A stretch of DNA of 64,000 nucleotides from Dehalococcoidia bacterium (GTDB taxonomy: Bacteria > Chloroflexota > Dehalococcoidia > Plut-88900): the NCBI GenBank assembly GCA_965249275.1, contig CBDFLQ010000006.1:892492-956491 (forward strand). Direction: 5' to 3'. The position numbers and the translations under genes are program-made. Shown here piece by piece: positions 45,906 through 54,988 of the stretch (its first letter is position 1; each line of letters starts with the position of its first letter). The notes under the pieces were generated by a model, which was given only the letters and a program-made list of their open reading frames with translations, was not told the DNA's origin and did not search any database.

Positions 45906-46640
45906 ATGCCACTCTTCACTGAACCCACCTTCCGCTATGGCGGCGATAAATCCCTGTTCATTGAGGTGGGCGACGAGATAACCCCCGAGGTCAACCGGAG
46001 CATACGGCACCTGCTCAACGCAATCGATGCCGCCGATATCCCCGGTGTACAGGCCCTTGCCCCTACCTACCGCTCCATCCTCGTCTATTACGATCCACTC
46101 ACTATGCGGGTAGAAGACCTCCAGCAGCGTCTTGCCGAGCTATACGGCAACCTCGAGGACGCTGATCTGGGTGCTTCGAAGGTCGTGGAGATACCCACCC
46201 TTTACGGGGGGGAGTACGGCCCGGACATCGAGTTCGTTGCCACACACAGCAACCTTACCGAGGCCGAGGTCATTGAGGTCCACACAAGTGCCGACTACCT
46301 TGTCTATATGGTTGGGTTCAACCCCGGATTCCCGTACCTCGGGGGCATGTCGGAGAAGATTGCCACGCCGCGGCTCCCAACTCCCCGGGTGAGGATGGTC
46401 CCGGGCTCCGTGGGCATCGCCGAGCGGCAGACGGGCATATATCCGCTGGCCAGTCCGGGGGGTTGGCGGGTTATAGGAAGGTCGCCCATAAGAATGTTCG
46501 ACCCCGGCAGGGAGCCCCCGTCCCTCGTCGAGGCGGGCGATATGGTCCGCTTTACGTCCATCGAGGAGGCGCAGTACCGGGAGATTGAGAAGCAGGTAGA
46601 GGCGGGAACGTTCAAGGTCACGGTTCGGGACGCGGGCTGA
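45906..46640 (+). CDS. pxpB: 5-oxoprolinase subunit B
   Basis: YGGEYGPD, GFNPGFPYL, GIYP..SPGGW. Confidence 0.93.
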   Translation: MPLFTEPTFRYGGDKSLFIEVGDEITPEVNRSIRHLLNAIDAADIPGVQALAPTYRSILVYYDPLTMRVEDLQQRLAELYGNLEDADLGASKVVEIPTLYGGEYGPDIEFVATHSNLTEAEVIEVHTSADYLVYMVGFNPGFPYLGGMSEKIATPRLPTPRVRMVPGSVGIAERQTGIYPLASPGGWRVIGRSPIRMFDPGREPPSLVEAGDMVRFTSIEEAQYREIEKQVEAGTFKVTVRDAG

Positions 46641-46647
46641 TATCAAT

Positions 46648-47754
46648 ATGGGCGTCATAGAAGTAATAGAGCCCGGTCTCCTCACCACGGTCCAGGACAT
46701 GGGCCGCTACGGTTACCTGCACCACGGCGTCCCGGCGTCCGGGGCAATGGACACCGTCGCCCTTCGCATGGCCAACATCCTCACCGGCAACCCCGAGGAC
46801 GAGGCCTGCCTGGAAGTCACCCTGGCAGGGCCTAGACTCCACTTCCGTTCTCCCGCTCTCGTAGCCATAAGCGGGGCAGACCTCTCTCCATCTCTCAACG
46901 ACGCTCCCACCCCGATGTGGGAGTCGTTCCTGGCTCGGCAGGGAGACGTCCTATCCTTCGGGGAGCACAGGTCCGGGACCCGGGCCTACGTGGCGGTGGC
47001 CGGGGGTTTCGACATCCCAATGGTCATGGGCAGCAAGTCCACCTTTATGAAGGCGGCAATAGGCGGCTTGAAGGGCCGAGCGCTGGAGGCGGGCGACATG
47101 CTTTTGACTCGGCTGCCCGTCTCTTCCAGTGATCGTTCAGGTCGGCGGATTCCCCGAAGCCTGGTCCCCAACTACGACCCTGAGCTTGCTATCCGCGTGG
47201 TCCTGGGACCCCAGGACGACCGTTTCACCCAGGCTGGATTGACCGTTTTATTTGGCGAGTCCTTCACTGTATCGGCAAATTCGGACCGGATGGGATACCG
47301 CCTGCAGGGCCCGAAAGTCGAGCACAGCGACGGGCCCGACATCATCTCCGACGGTATTCCCTTCGGAGGGGTACAGGTCTCGGGGGACGGGCAGCCCATT
47401 ATCCTGATGGCCGACCGGGGCACGTCCGGCGGCTACACCAAGCCTGCGACCGTTATCAGCTCGGATATCGGCAAGGTTGCCCAGAGGATGCCCGGAGACG
47501 AGATCCGATTTCAATCGGTAACCTTGGCTGAGGCCCACGAGGCCCTAAGAAGCCTGGAAGCAACAATAGCTCAGGCCAAAGAACACCTGAAGGCCCCAAT
47601 CTCCCGGCGCCGGTTCACGGTAACCGTCGAGGGAGAGCCGTTCCAAGTCGACGTGGAGATTGCACGGTCAGAGTTCGTGGCTGCTGGCCGGGCTGTTGTG
47701 TCGGGGGCGGGGGAAGCGGCGAAGACTTTTGCCGTGGATATTTCGGCTCGGTAG
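46648..47754 (+). CDS. pxpC: 5-oxoprolinase subunit C with C-terminal extension
   Basis: TTVQDMGR, SGAMD, SDRMGYRL, GGYTK. Confidence 0.92.
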   Translation: MGVIEVIEPGLLTTVQDMGRYGYLHHGVPASGAMDTVALRMANILTGNPEDEACLEVTLAGPRLHFRSPALVAISGADLSPSLNDAPTPMWESFLARQGDVLSFGEHRSGTRAYVAVAGGFDIPMVMGSKSTFMKAAIGGLKGRALEAGDMLLTRLPVSSSDRSGRRIPRSLVPNYDPELAIRVVLGPQDDRFTQAGLTVLFGESFTVSANSDRMGYRLQGPKVEHSDGPDIISDGIPFGGVQVSGDGQPIILMADRGTSGGYTKPATVISSDIGKVAQRMPGDEIRFQSVTLAEAHEALRSLEATIAQAKEHLKAPISRRRFTVTVEGEPFQVDVEIARSEFVAAGRAVVSGAGEAAKTFAVDISAR

Positions 47755-47796
47755 ACCCGGGAGCACTAGGGGTCCCAGGTGTGCGGTAGAGGGGAT

Positions 47797-48984
47797 TTAA
47801 GCCTCTTCTTCGTTGTCCTCTTCTTCGAATTCGTTGACGACGGGAGTTAGGGTCTCGATGAAGGCTTTTACCGTCTGGGAAAGCCTATCGGCGAGGTGAT
47901 CGTCCAAAGAGGATGAAGCATGGGTTAGCACTACCCTTGTTTCTTCCAGAGTTGGTTCCGAGTCGATGCCCACTAACTTCAGCTTGTTAGACAGTTCCTC
48001 GATTACCTCCCGCTCCTGAAACCTGGCCCGCAGATCACCTGAGAGGTAAGCCAATTCTACGTCTGCCTTACTAGGCTGGGCTTGATCGTCGAAGAAAAGA
48101 TTCACCATATAAGACAAGCGCCAATTGCCCCAATGTTGACTTGCATACCAAAAGTGGTAGTAACGCCAACCTCCCGTATCTCCGGCCCATCTGCTATTCC
48201 TGTTTGGTCGGACTTCCTGCGGGAGTCCGCTCAATACACGATCGCCCACATTCCGCAGGAAAGTGGTGACATGATCACTTCTGTTCTTCGCGAACGTTTC
48301 CGTTAGCTTAATTCCTAAGCTGCTGGACAATCCGCCACCTTCATCCGGTCTGCTGCCAACCTGTACCATGTAGTCTTCCGCGCCGGGCACAGGGATGATG
48401 GTATTCGCATGTACGTACATGGATTCGCCGTCCATGTATGGCGTTAATTGCACACAGGTTATTAAGTTAGGTGATTTCCCGTTCAACCACAGGGCAGCAG
48501 ACGTCACTTCAGGTGCGAAGCGATGGCTCGCAAGGATAATACGTTGGTCGTTGTTCAGGCTGCTCAAATCATCTTCGTCAAGGTGCCGCCGCAATTTATG
48601 CACTGCTTCTTCACTCGATGAACCATCATAGCTCGCCAGTATCTCGACGATTATTTCAGAACGGGTCTTTTGAAAATAACTTGCATATTTGACCGCCTGC
48701 CAATAAGCGTCTGCACCAGAGTCGTCACGCTTCAACTCAATAATGACCAGTTTACCGTCCGGGTCTACAGCCAGAAGGTCTAGTCTTTCGTTCGTCCTGT
48801 CGAAACCGCTAAACTCCTTGCCGATTATCAGCAAGTCCTCGCCCAGAATGCTTGGGTTGGCGGCTACCCATTCCTGAATATCCCGCCGTTCCTGGAATCC
48901 CAGATGGGAGAATTCAGCCTCCTTTATCGCCTGGCTCTGCTTATCTTTGCTGTCTATCTTGAACAGTTGGGAAACAGAGTTCAT
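47797..48984 (-). CDS. NucS/DUF91-like PD-(D/E)xK endonuclease
   Basis: ERRDIQEW, IIGKE, RLDLLAVD..GKLVIIELKR, QAVKYA; visibly lower GC. Confidence 0.8.
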   Translation of the reverse strand: MNSVSQLFKIDSKDKQSQAIKEAEFSHLGFQERRDIQEWVAANPSILGEDLLIIGKEFSGFDRTNERLDLLAVDPDGKLVIIELKRDDSGADAYWQAVKYASYFQKTRSEIIVEILASYDGSSSEEAVHKLRRHLDEDDLSSLNNDQRIILASHRFAPEVTSAALWLNGKSPNLITCVQLTPYMDGESMYVHANTIIPVPGAEDYMVQVGSRPDEGGGLSSSLGIKLTETFAKNRSDHVTTFLRNVGDRVLSGLPQEVRPNRNSRWAGDTGGWRYYHFWYASQHWGNWRLSYMVNLFFDDQAQPSKADVELAYLSGDLRARFQEREVIEELSNKLKLVGIDSEPTLEETRVVLTHASSSLDDHLADRLSQTVKAFIETLTPVVNEFEEEDNEEEA

Positions 48985-49029
48985 TTCATGGTCCTCAAGA
49001 TTAACCAAGCCGCTGGAGAGCTTGCCCGC

Positions 49030-50184
49030 CTACACCACCGTCAGGTCCCGGCTGGTCTTCGACAATATCTCGCAGCCGGTGTCGGTCACAAGCACGTTGT
49101 CGATTATCCGGGCCCCGAGTCTCTCCTCCGGCAGAAACACCGGAGGCTCGATGGACAGCACCATGCCGCTCTGCAACGGCTCGTCGATACTGCCGTCCAT
49201 CTGAAACGGCTCCGACCACCTGGGCGGGAATCCGGGAGCTATTCCGTAGCCGGTGGTGTGCCACCGACCCTCCTCCATCCCCGCATCCCCGATGACCTTC
49301 TTCGCCGCCTCGTGAGGCACCGACGCCGGGACCCCCGCCCTGATCGCCCCGATGGTCGCGTCGCAGGCGTCCCGGACAACCTGGTAGACCTCTTTCATCC
49401 TGGCCGTCGGCTCCCCGATGCACATCACCCGACCGATAGTGCAGGTGTACCGACGATAGGCTGAACCGTATTCGTGGTGGACCAAGTCCCCATCCTGAAG
49501 CACCCTCTCCGATGGAAAGCCGTGGGAGTAGGGCGTCCGCTCTCCGCTCACGAAGTTCATCGGGCTGGAGGTGAACTCACCGCCGAGGGACATCATCGTG
49601 CGATGCATCTCGCCCACAACCTGGAACTCGGTCTTGCCTGCTGCCATGGTATCGAGGCACGTCTGGTGGACGGCGTCATTGATGTCGGATGCCTTGCGGA
49701 TGTACGCCAGCTCCGCAGGGGACTTAACGAACTTGAGCTCCTCGATCAGGCGGGTCGGTTCGGCTACCAGGGCATCGCCGAGAACATCCCTGAGCTGCAG
49801 ATAATCGTGAACGTTGAGATACGTATTCGGGACCTCAAGCCCTATCCTCCGGCTGAGATACCCCTTCTCCTCCAGTATTGACTTGAGGATGGGCACGGCA
49901 TGGTCGCCCGGGTCCCGGTCCCACCCCCGCACGTCCCCCGACAGCGACATTTCCTGTGCCTCGAAGACATCAGCGAAACGAGTCTGGAGTATCAGGTCGC
50001 TGGGCTCCAGGGTGAATAGCAGGGCCTGGAACTCCTGGTATCCCTTGATCCGGCTGCCGGCCAGGTAGTTGATGTTGACGGGGTTAGTCACTATGAGAAG
50101 GTCTATGCCGATCTTCTCCATGGCCGCCCGAGTCCTCTGCTGCCGGTCCTCGAATTCGGATATCTCGAAGTCCAGGTTTGTCAT
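49030..50184 (-). CDS. M24-fold hydrolase (creatinase/ectoine hydrolase-like)
   Basis: VKSPAEL, HTTGYGI, SIEP; canonical di-metal Asp ligands appear substituted. Confidence 0.8.
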   Translation of the reverse strand: MTNLDFEISEFEDRQQRTRAAMEKIGIDLLIVTNPVNINYLAGSRIKGYQEFQALLFTLEPSDLILQTRFADVFEAQEMSLSGDVRGWDRDPGDHAVPILKSILEEKGYLSRRIGLEVPNTYLNVHDYLQLRDVLGDALVAEPTRLIEELKFVKSPAELAYIRKASDINDAVHQTCLDTMAAGKTEFQVVGEMHRTMMSLGGEFTSSPMNFVSGERTPYSHGFPSERVLQDGDLVHHEYGSAYRRYTCTIGRVMCIGEPTARMKEVYQVVRDACDATIGAIRAGVPASVPHEAAKKVIGDAGMEEGRWHTTGYGIAPGFPPRWSEPFQMDGSIDEPLQSGMVLSIEPPVFLPEERLGARIIDNVLVTDTGCEILSKTSRDLTVV

Positions 50185-50218
50185 GGGTGACGCCTTTCTT
50201 ATTGGAAGACTGGCTGGA

Positions 50219-50569
50219 CTAGGTTTCGGGGGTGGGGGGTGCGCCGTCGGTGGGAGCGAACGCCTCGGTGAGGCTCGAGATAATGTCGTCCTCGCCGGCG
50301 CCGGCGAGGAGATCGACGTTGATAGCCTGAAGGGTCTCGGTGTGGACCCCGGCTCGGAGCCCGAACTCCAGGGACAACCGGGCCACCGACTCCGGGCCGT
50401 CCGCCTCGGCGATGATTACGAAGTCGTACCTGCCGAGAACCATGTACCGCGCCATAAGGCGGGCGCCGGGCACATCCACCTCCTGCGCGACGTCATTTAT
50501 AAGCTCGGGATTATCTATCAGCTTCCGCTGCCCGTCAGTCGTCAGAGTGGCCAGGAGAATGTAAAGCAT
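50219..50569 (-). CDS. GYD-domain protein
   Basis: YILLATLT..G, LGRYDFV, TETL. Confidence 0.85.
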   Translation of the reverse strand: MLYILLATLTTDGQRKLIDNPELINDVAQEVDVPGARLMARYMVLGRYDFVIIAEADGPESVARLSLEFGLRAGVHTETLQAINVDLLAGAGEDDIISSLTEAFAPTDGAPPTPET

Positions 50570-50649
50570 GGCGACCGCCGTTCTCTGAAATTCAGGCGCA
50601 TTCTAACACACACCCCCCCATCATCCCCCACCCCAATCGGGAATCCAGT

Positions 50650-50760
50650 GGGGCCGCTCACCCTGTCGTAGATCCGCTGAGGCGGGAGCCACTCGAAGGG
50701 TCGAGCGGGGCGGGGTCTTATCCCCTCTCCCTCGATGGGAGAGGGCTAGGGTGAGGGTGA
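50650..50760. repeat. REP-like repeat copy C plus a CCCTCTCCC...GGGAGAGGG-type palindrome
   Basis: GGGGCCGCTCACCCTGTCGTAGATCCGCTGAGGCGGGAGCCACTCGAAGGGTCGAGCGGGG then CCCCTCTCCCTCGATGGGAGAGGGCTAGGGTGAGGG. Confidence 0.8.
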
Positions 50761-50854
50761 TCCCCTCCTCGGTGCGGGGTGTCCCAATGCCCGTTATGCC
50801 GTACAATCAACCCCCACCACCCTTGTCCCGGTCACCAAAGGACCCACACACCAG

Positions 50855-53761
50855 ATGCCCCGTCAAACCGAGCCAAACGCCAACAACGCCTTGGGCATTC
50901 TGTTGCAGGCCATGTTCTCCCGCAGCAGCATCTATTACGAGAACACTCGGGTCATTGTCGACCATCCCGGCCGACAGCCCGACATCCTCATCACATCCCC
51001 CGGCCGCTCGCCCGTTGTAGTCGAGGCAGAATACATGCCTGCCGCCACCGTGGAACCCGAGGCAAAGGCTCGCCTCGGACTCGACGTCACGGTCGATTCT
51101 CGCCCCATTGAGGCCGCTATTGCCCTTCGTTACCCAGGGGAGCTTGCCGATGAGTCCGACTTGGCGGCTACCATAAAGTCCTCAACCCTCTCCTACTGCA
51201 TATTCACCCAGGAGCGTAAAGACGTCAAGCGCTTCCCAGAATCCGGTTGGCTGGACGGCTCCGTTGAAGACCTCGCCGACCTGATTCGCCTCGTTTCCGT
51301 CCCTCAATGGGCCGTCGATGCGGCTACGAAGATACTGAGAAAGGGCATCGATAACGCTGCGAAGATACTGGACGAGACGGCCACTTCGCGCCCGGAGACT
51401 GTCAAAGACATTGCCGCACGGCTGGGCATGACCGATGTCACCCAGACCCGACGCATGGCTTGCGCCATCATGGCCAACGCCATGGTCTTCCACGAGCGCA
51501 TCGCCAAGATGCACGCGGGTATCAAGACCCTGGAGAAGGTCTGCGGAGAAGATGTTGCCAACCCTCAGCACGAGGTCTTGGCCTCATGGGACGCCATTCT
51601 CAAAATTAACTACTGGCCCATTTTCGCTATCGCTAGGGACATTTTAAGCGAACTGCAGTCCAGCGACGCTGCCCGGATTCTACGGCGGCTAAGGGACACC
51701 GCCCAGGAAATCAACTCCTCCGGTGTGGAGAACGCTCACGACCTCACGGGCCGCATCTTCCAGAACCTCATTGCGGACCGGAAGTACCTGGCCACCTTCT
51801 ACACCCTTCCCGCCTCCGCTGCCCTCCTTGCAAGGCTGGCCGTCGCCAAGATGGAGGGTGTCGACTGGTCCGATAAGGAAACCATAGGCAAGCTCCGTAT
51901 TGCCGACTTCGCCTGCGGCACCGGCGCCCTCTTGTCAGCAGTCTATGAGCAGATCGCTGCCCGACACGAACGGACAGGGGGCAACCCCACCGAGCTTCAC
52001 AAGGTGATGATGGAAGAGATGTTTTACGGCTGCGACGTCATGCCCTCCGCAGTCCACATCACCTGCTCCACGCTCTCGGGATTGGAGCCTGCCCAAGGTT
52101 TCGGAAAGTCCCGCCTATACGCCCTCCAGTATGGACGTCAGAAGGATGGCAGTGTGAAGATCGGCTCCCTGGAATTCCTCCAGACCTCCGCACAGTGGAC
52201 CCTCTTCAACACCAGCGACCCCGCCACCCAGATAGCCAGCACTGGCGAGCAGACCACACCCCAGGCCATCGCCAACATCCCCGACGAAGCGTATGACATA
52301 GTGATAATGAATCCTCCGTTTACGAGACCAGGCTCCGATTGGGAGGGTGAAGAGAGGGCTGAGGACTATATCAAACACTTTAGAGGCCTGAGTACCGCAT
52401 GGGTCACTCAGAAGGATATGGCGAAACGCCTTAGTCGTTACACAGGAGATACGTGTTACCACGGCTATGCCGGCATAGCCTCAGCTTTTGCAGCCCTTGC
52501 CCACAAGAAGCTCAAGCCCGGCGGAGCTTTAGCTCTAGTGCTCCCCCTGTCAGTAGCGTCGGGCCTGTCTTGGGAGGGTTTTCGCGAGATGATTACCCGC
52601 GACTACACAGGGCTAAATGTGCTAACAATAGCTGCTGCGGGCAATGATGACATCTCCTTTTCAGCAGACACAGGCATGGCAGAATGTTTGGTCATTGCCC
52701 GCAAGCTCAGGCCAGACGAAACACCCCAAGACCGCATGTATTTCACGTCGTTCCTGCGAAGGCCCCAGGGCTTCCCCCACGCAAGCTCCCTAGCTACCAA
52801 CCTATTGGTTGGCAGCAGAGTCAGGCGAATTGAGGACGGACCCTATGGCGGCACGCCCTTGATGGTTGGGGAAGAGTTGGCTGGTGAGACAATAACCGCG
52901 CCCCGCGTTGCGGGTGGGGCAGGCTGGGGTGCAGTGCGCCTAGCCGACTATTCTCTGGCGCAAACTTCTTATGCCCTCTCGCAGTCTAAGTTGTGGCTCC
53001 CAGGGATAGCATCAGCCTTGGAGTTGAAAGTCGCACCCCTAAGCGATGTTGGTAGACGCGGCTGGCACGACATAAACATAGCTGGTTCTGCTGGCCCCTT
53101 CACTAAGGTGCCGTCAAGTCTGACATCTACTTATCCCTCTCTCTGGGGCCACAATGCCAAACGGGAAACACAGATGGTCTGTCTGTCAGACTCGCAATTG
53201 CTCGTCAAGCCAGGAATGGAAGATAGAGCCGCCAAAGCGTGGGCGACCGCAAGCCGTGCTCACTTGAACCGCGACTTCCGCTTTAATTCGCAGCCGCTGG
53301 GTGCCGCATTCACTGAGCAAACCAGCATCGGTGGTCGCGCCTGGCCAAATATCGTATTCGACAACCAACGGTTTGATTACACCTTCATGATTTGGGCTAA
53401 CAACACCTTGGGACTACTATGCTTCTGGTGGCATTCCAATCGCCAAGTTGCGGGCCGAGGCACCACTACCGTCAGTGCAATTGACTCCCTCCCCACCCTC
53501 GACCTCCGCACCCTCACCGACGCCCAACTCGCCAAGGCAAAAGAAATCTTCGACGAGTTCCGTGACAAGGAACTCCACCCCGCCTACCTCGCAGACGCAG
53601 ACCCCAACCGTGCCTTGCTGGACCGCCGCGTCATCCGCGACCTCCTCGGCTTTGACGAGGACACCTACCTCGGAGTCCGACGCCTGGCCGCCAAGTGGTG
53701 CGCCGAGCCCTCCGTCCACGGCGGCAAGAAACGGCCCGTATGGGCCAAGTTCGTCACATAA
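50855..53761 (+). CDS. Type IIG-like restriction-modification enzyme (nuclease-like + N6-MTase + specificity region)
   Basis: N-terminal PD..(E)AE nuclease-like motif, ATFYT, DFACGTG (motif I), NPPF (motif IV). Confidence 0.82.
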   Translation: MPRQTEPNANNALGILLQAMFSRSSIYYENTRVIVDHPGRQPDILITSPGRSPVVVEAEYMPAATVEPEAKARLGLDVTVDSRPIEAAIALRYPGELADESDLAATIKSSTLSYCIFTQERKDVKRFPESGWLDGSVEDLADLIRLVSVPQWAVDAATKILRKGIDNAAKILDETATSRPETVKDIAARLGMTDVTQTRRMACAIMANAMVFHERIAKMHAGIKTLEKVCGEDVANPQHEVLASWDAILKINYWPIFAIARDILSELQSSDAARILRRLRDTAQEINSSGVENAHDLTGRIFQNLIADRKYLATFYTLPASAALLARLAVAKMEGVDWSDKETIGKLRIADFACGTGALLSAVYEQIAARHERTGGNPTELHKVMMEEMFYGCDVMPSAVHITCSTLSGLEPAQGFGKSRLYALQYGRQKDGSVKIGSLEFLQTSAQWTLFNTSDPATQIASTGEQTTPQAIANIPDEAYDIVIMNPPFTRPGSDWEGEERAEDYIKHFRGLSTAWVTQKDMAKRLSRYTGDTCYHGYAGIASAFAALAHKKLKPGGALALVLPLSVASGLSWEGFREMITRDYTGLNVLTIAAAGNDDISFSADTGMAECLVIARKLRPDETPQDRMYFTSFLRRPQGFPHASSLATNLLVGSRVRRIEDGPYGGTPLMVGEELAGETITAPRVAGGAGWGAVRLADYSLAQTSYALSQSKLWLPGIASALELKVAPLSDVGRRGWHDINIAGSAGPFTKVPSSLTSTYPSLWGHNAKRETQMVCLSDSQLLVKPGMEDRAAKAWATASRAHLNRDFRFNSQPLGAAFTEQTSIGGRAWPNIVFDNQRFDYTFMIWANNTLGLLCFWWHSNRQVAGRGTTTVSAIDSLPTLDLRTLTDAQLAKAKEIFDEFRDKELHPAYLADADPNRALLDRRVIRDLLGFDEDTYLGVRRLAAKWCAEPSVHGGKKRPVWAKFVT

Positions 53762-53844
53762 CCCTCCCCCCATCCACCCCCTCCATCATTCCGGCCGCCG
53801 AGAGCCAGAATCCATCCCCATCCCCTTCTACCCAGTACTGAACT

Positions 53845-53884
53845 AGAGGCAGAGGTTGGCGCTTCTGCGCCAACCTCTGCCTCT
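53845..53884. repeat. Perfect 18-bp inverted repeat
   Basis: AGAGGCAGAGGTTGGCGC-TTCT-GCGCCAACCTCTGCCTCT. Confidence 0.9.
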
Positions 53885-53996
53885 GTTCTTATCTCCCCCT
53901 CTCCCTTGACGGCCCTAAGGGTCGAAGATGCGCCTATGGCGTGAGAGGGGGATTAAGGGGGTGAAGGTTCCCCGGTGGGGCTGGGGCGGTGTCTCC

Positions 53997-54046
53997 CCAA
54001 AAGTGACACGAACCCCTTGACCAAAGCAAAACATCTGTACTATATT
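53997..54046 (+). promoter_or_regulatory. Repeated promoter (copy 2) with LexA-like box
   Basis: CCAAAAGTGACACGAACCCCTTGACCAAA identical to 30068-30096; TTGACC-N18-TATATT; AAAC-ATCT-GTAC. Confidence 0.65.
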
Positions 54047-54397
54047 ACCCCCCCAAGCCCGACACCCCACGTCGGCCCTAATAAGGAAAGGACAAGGAGT
54101 CCCATGAGTCGCACAAGCCTCCATAGGCCCCGTCGTCCCCGAGCGGCATGCCACCGCCCGGCCACCGGCACGCGCCTACTCCCCAATCCCTTTCCACCCA
54201 ACCTCCCACATCCCAACCCCCACTACAAGCGCTGCCCCAAGGCCCATCGCCTCCGCCTCCGCAGCGATCAATCACTGTCCCTCCCGGTCCACGTGACCGG
54301 CCATGGAAGGTCCCCGGACAAAAACCTGCATACCCTTTCCAAGGGCCACTGCCAAGTGCGCGCCCCACTCACCCGGCGCATCCGTTTCGCCTCCTCA

Positions 54398-54778
54398 GGC
54401 GACGCCCCGGAGCACAGCGTCATGTCGCTCCCTTGGGCCATAGCGCCCCCTTGGGCCTTTGTGCCCTTCCCGGATTCCCCCGCCGCAGACCTTGCCGGCG
54501 AATCCGAACAGTCGGATGAGCGCCGACTCAAAACCAACGCACCATTTAAGGATTCCACCGTCGTCACCATCGGAGAACTCCGGTCTACGAACGCCGGTCA
54601 CGGGTCCACGCTCCCATCCCTTAGGATGGTCGAGCACTTCTGGTGGACGGGACTGCCCCACACCGAGAATTTCTCGGGTCTCGTCCACATCCCCTCAGAA
54701 GTTAGGGGCTGTCGCAAAGCCGGCGCTGATGTCGAACATCCGCTGTCGCGGAAAACGCCCATCGGTACAGGCGTCGCC
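54398..54778 (+). ncRNA. Candidate large structured ncRNA 2 (about 381 nt)
   Basis: Ends pair (GGCGACGCC / GGCGTCGCC); nested helices throughout; no credible ORF. Confidence 0.5.
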
Positions 54779-54988
54779 GTCTTCCTGCGCAACCGTCCGG
54801 GACCTTCCATCCCATCCACCTCCCCGGCCCCCTCAATCCAGGGAAAAGCGGACTTTTCCCGCAAAACAATCAGACCTCACGCCTGGGTCCGCGTATCAAT
54901 CAAAACTCTCCCATTCATACCCACCAAAGGAACCGCCCAACAGCCCATACCCTCAACCCCTCCCTCCACAACTAAATAACCGCCGCCC

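Noticed and set aside
53975-54979. 334-aa ORF spanning cassette 2
   Set aside because: Pro/Arg/Ser-rich, no domain, non-host codon pattern, and it runs across a promoter and RNA helices; likely a chance GC-rich frame, although an SD-ATG at 54104 keeps a short peptide possible.
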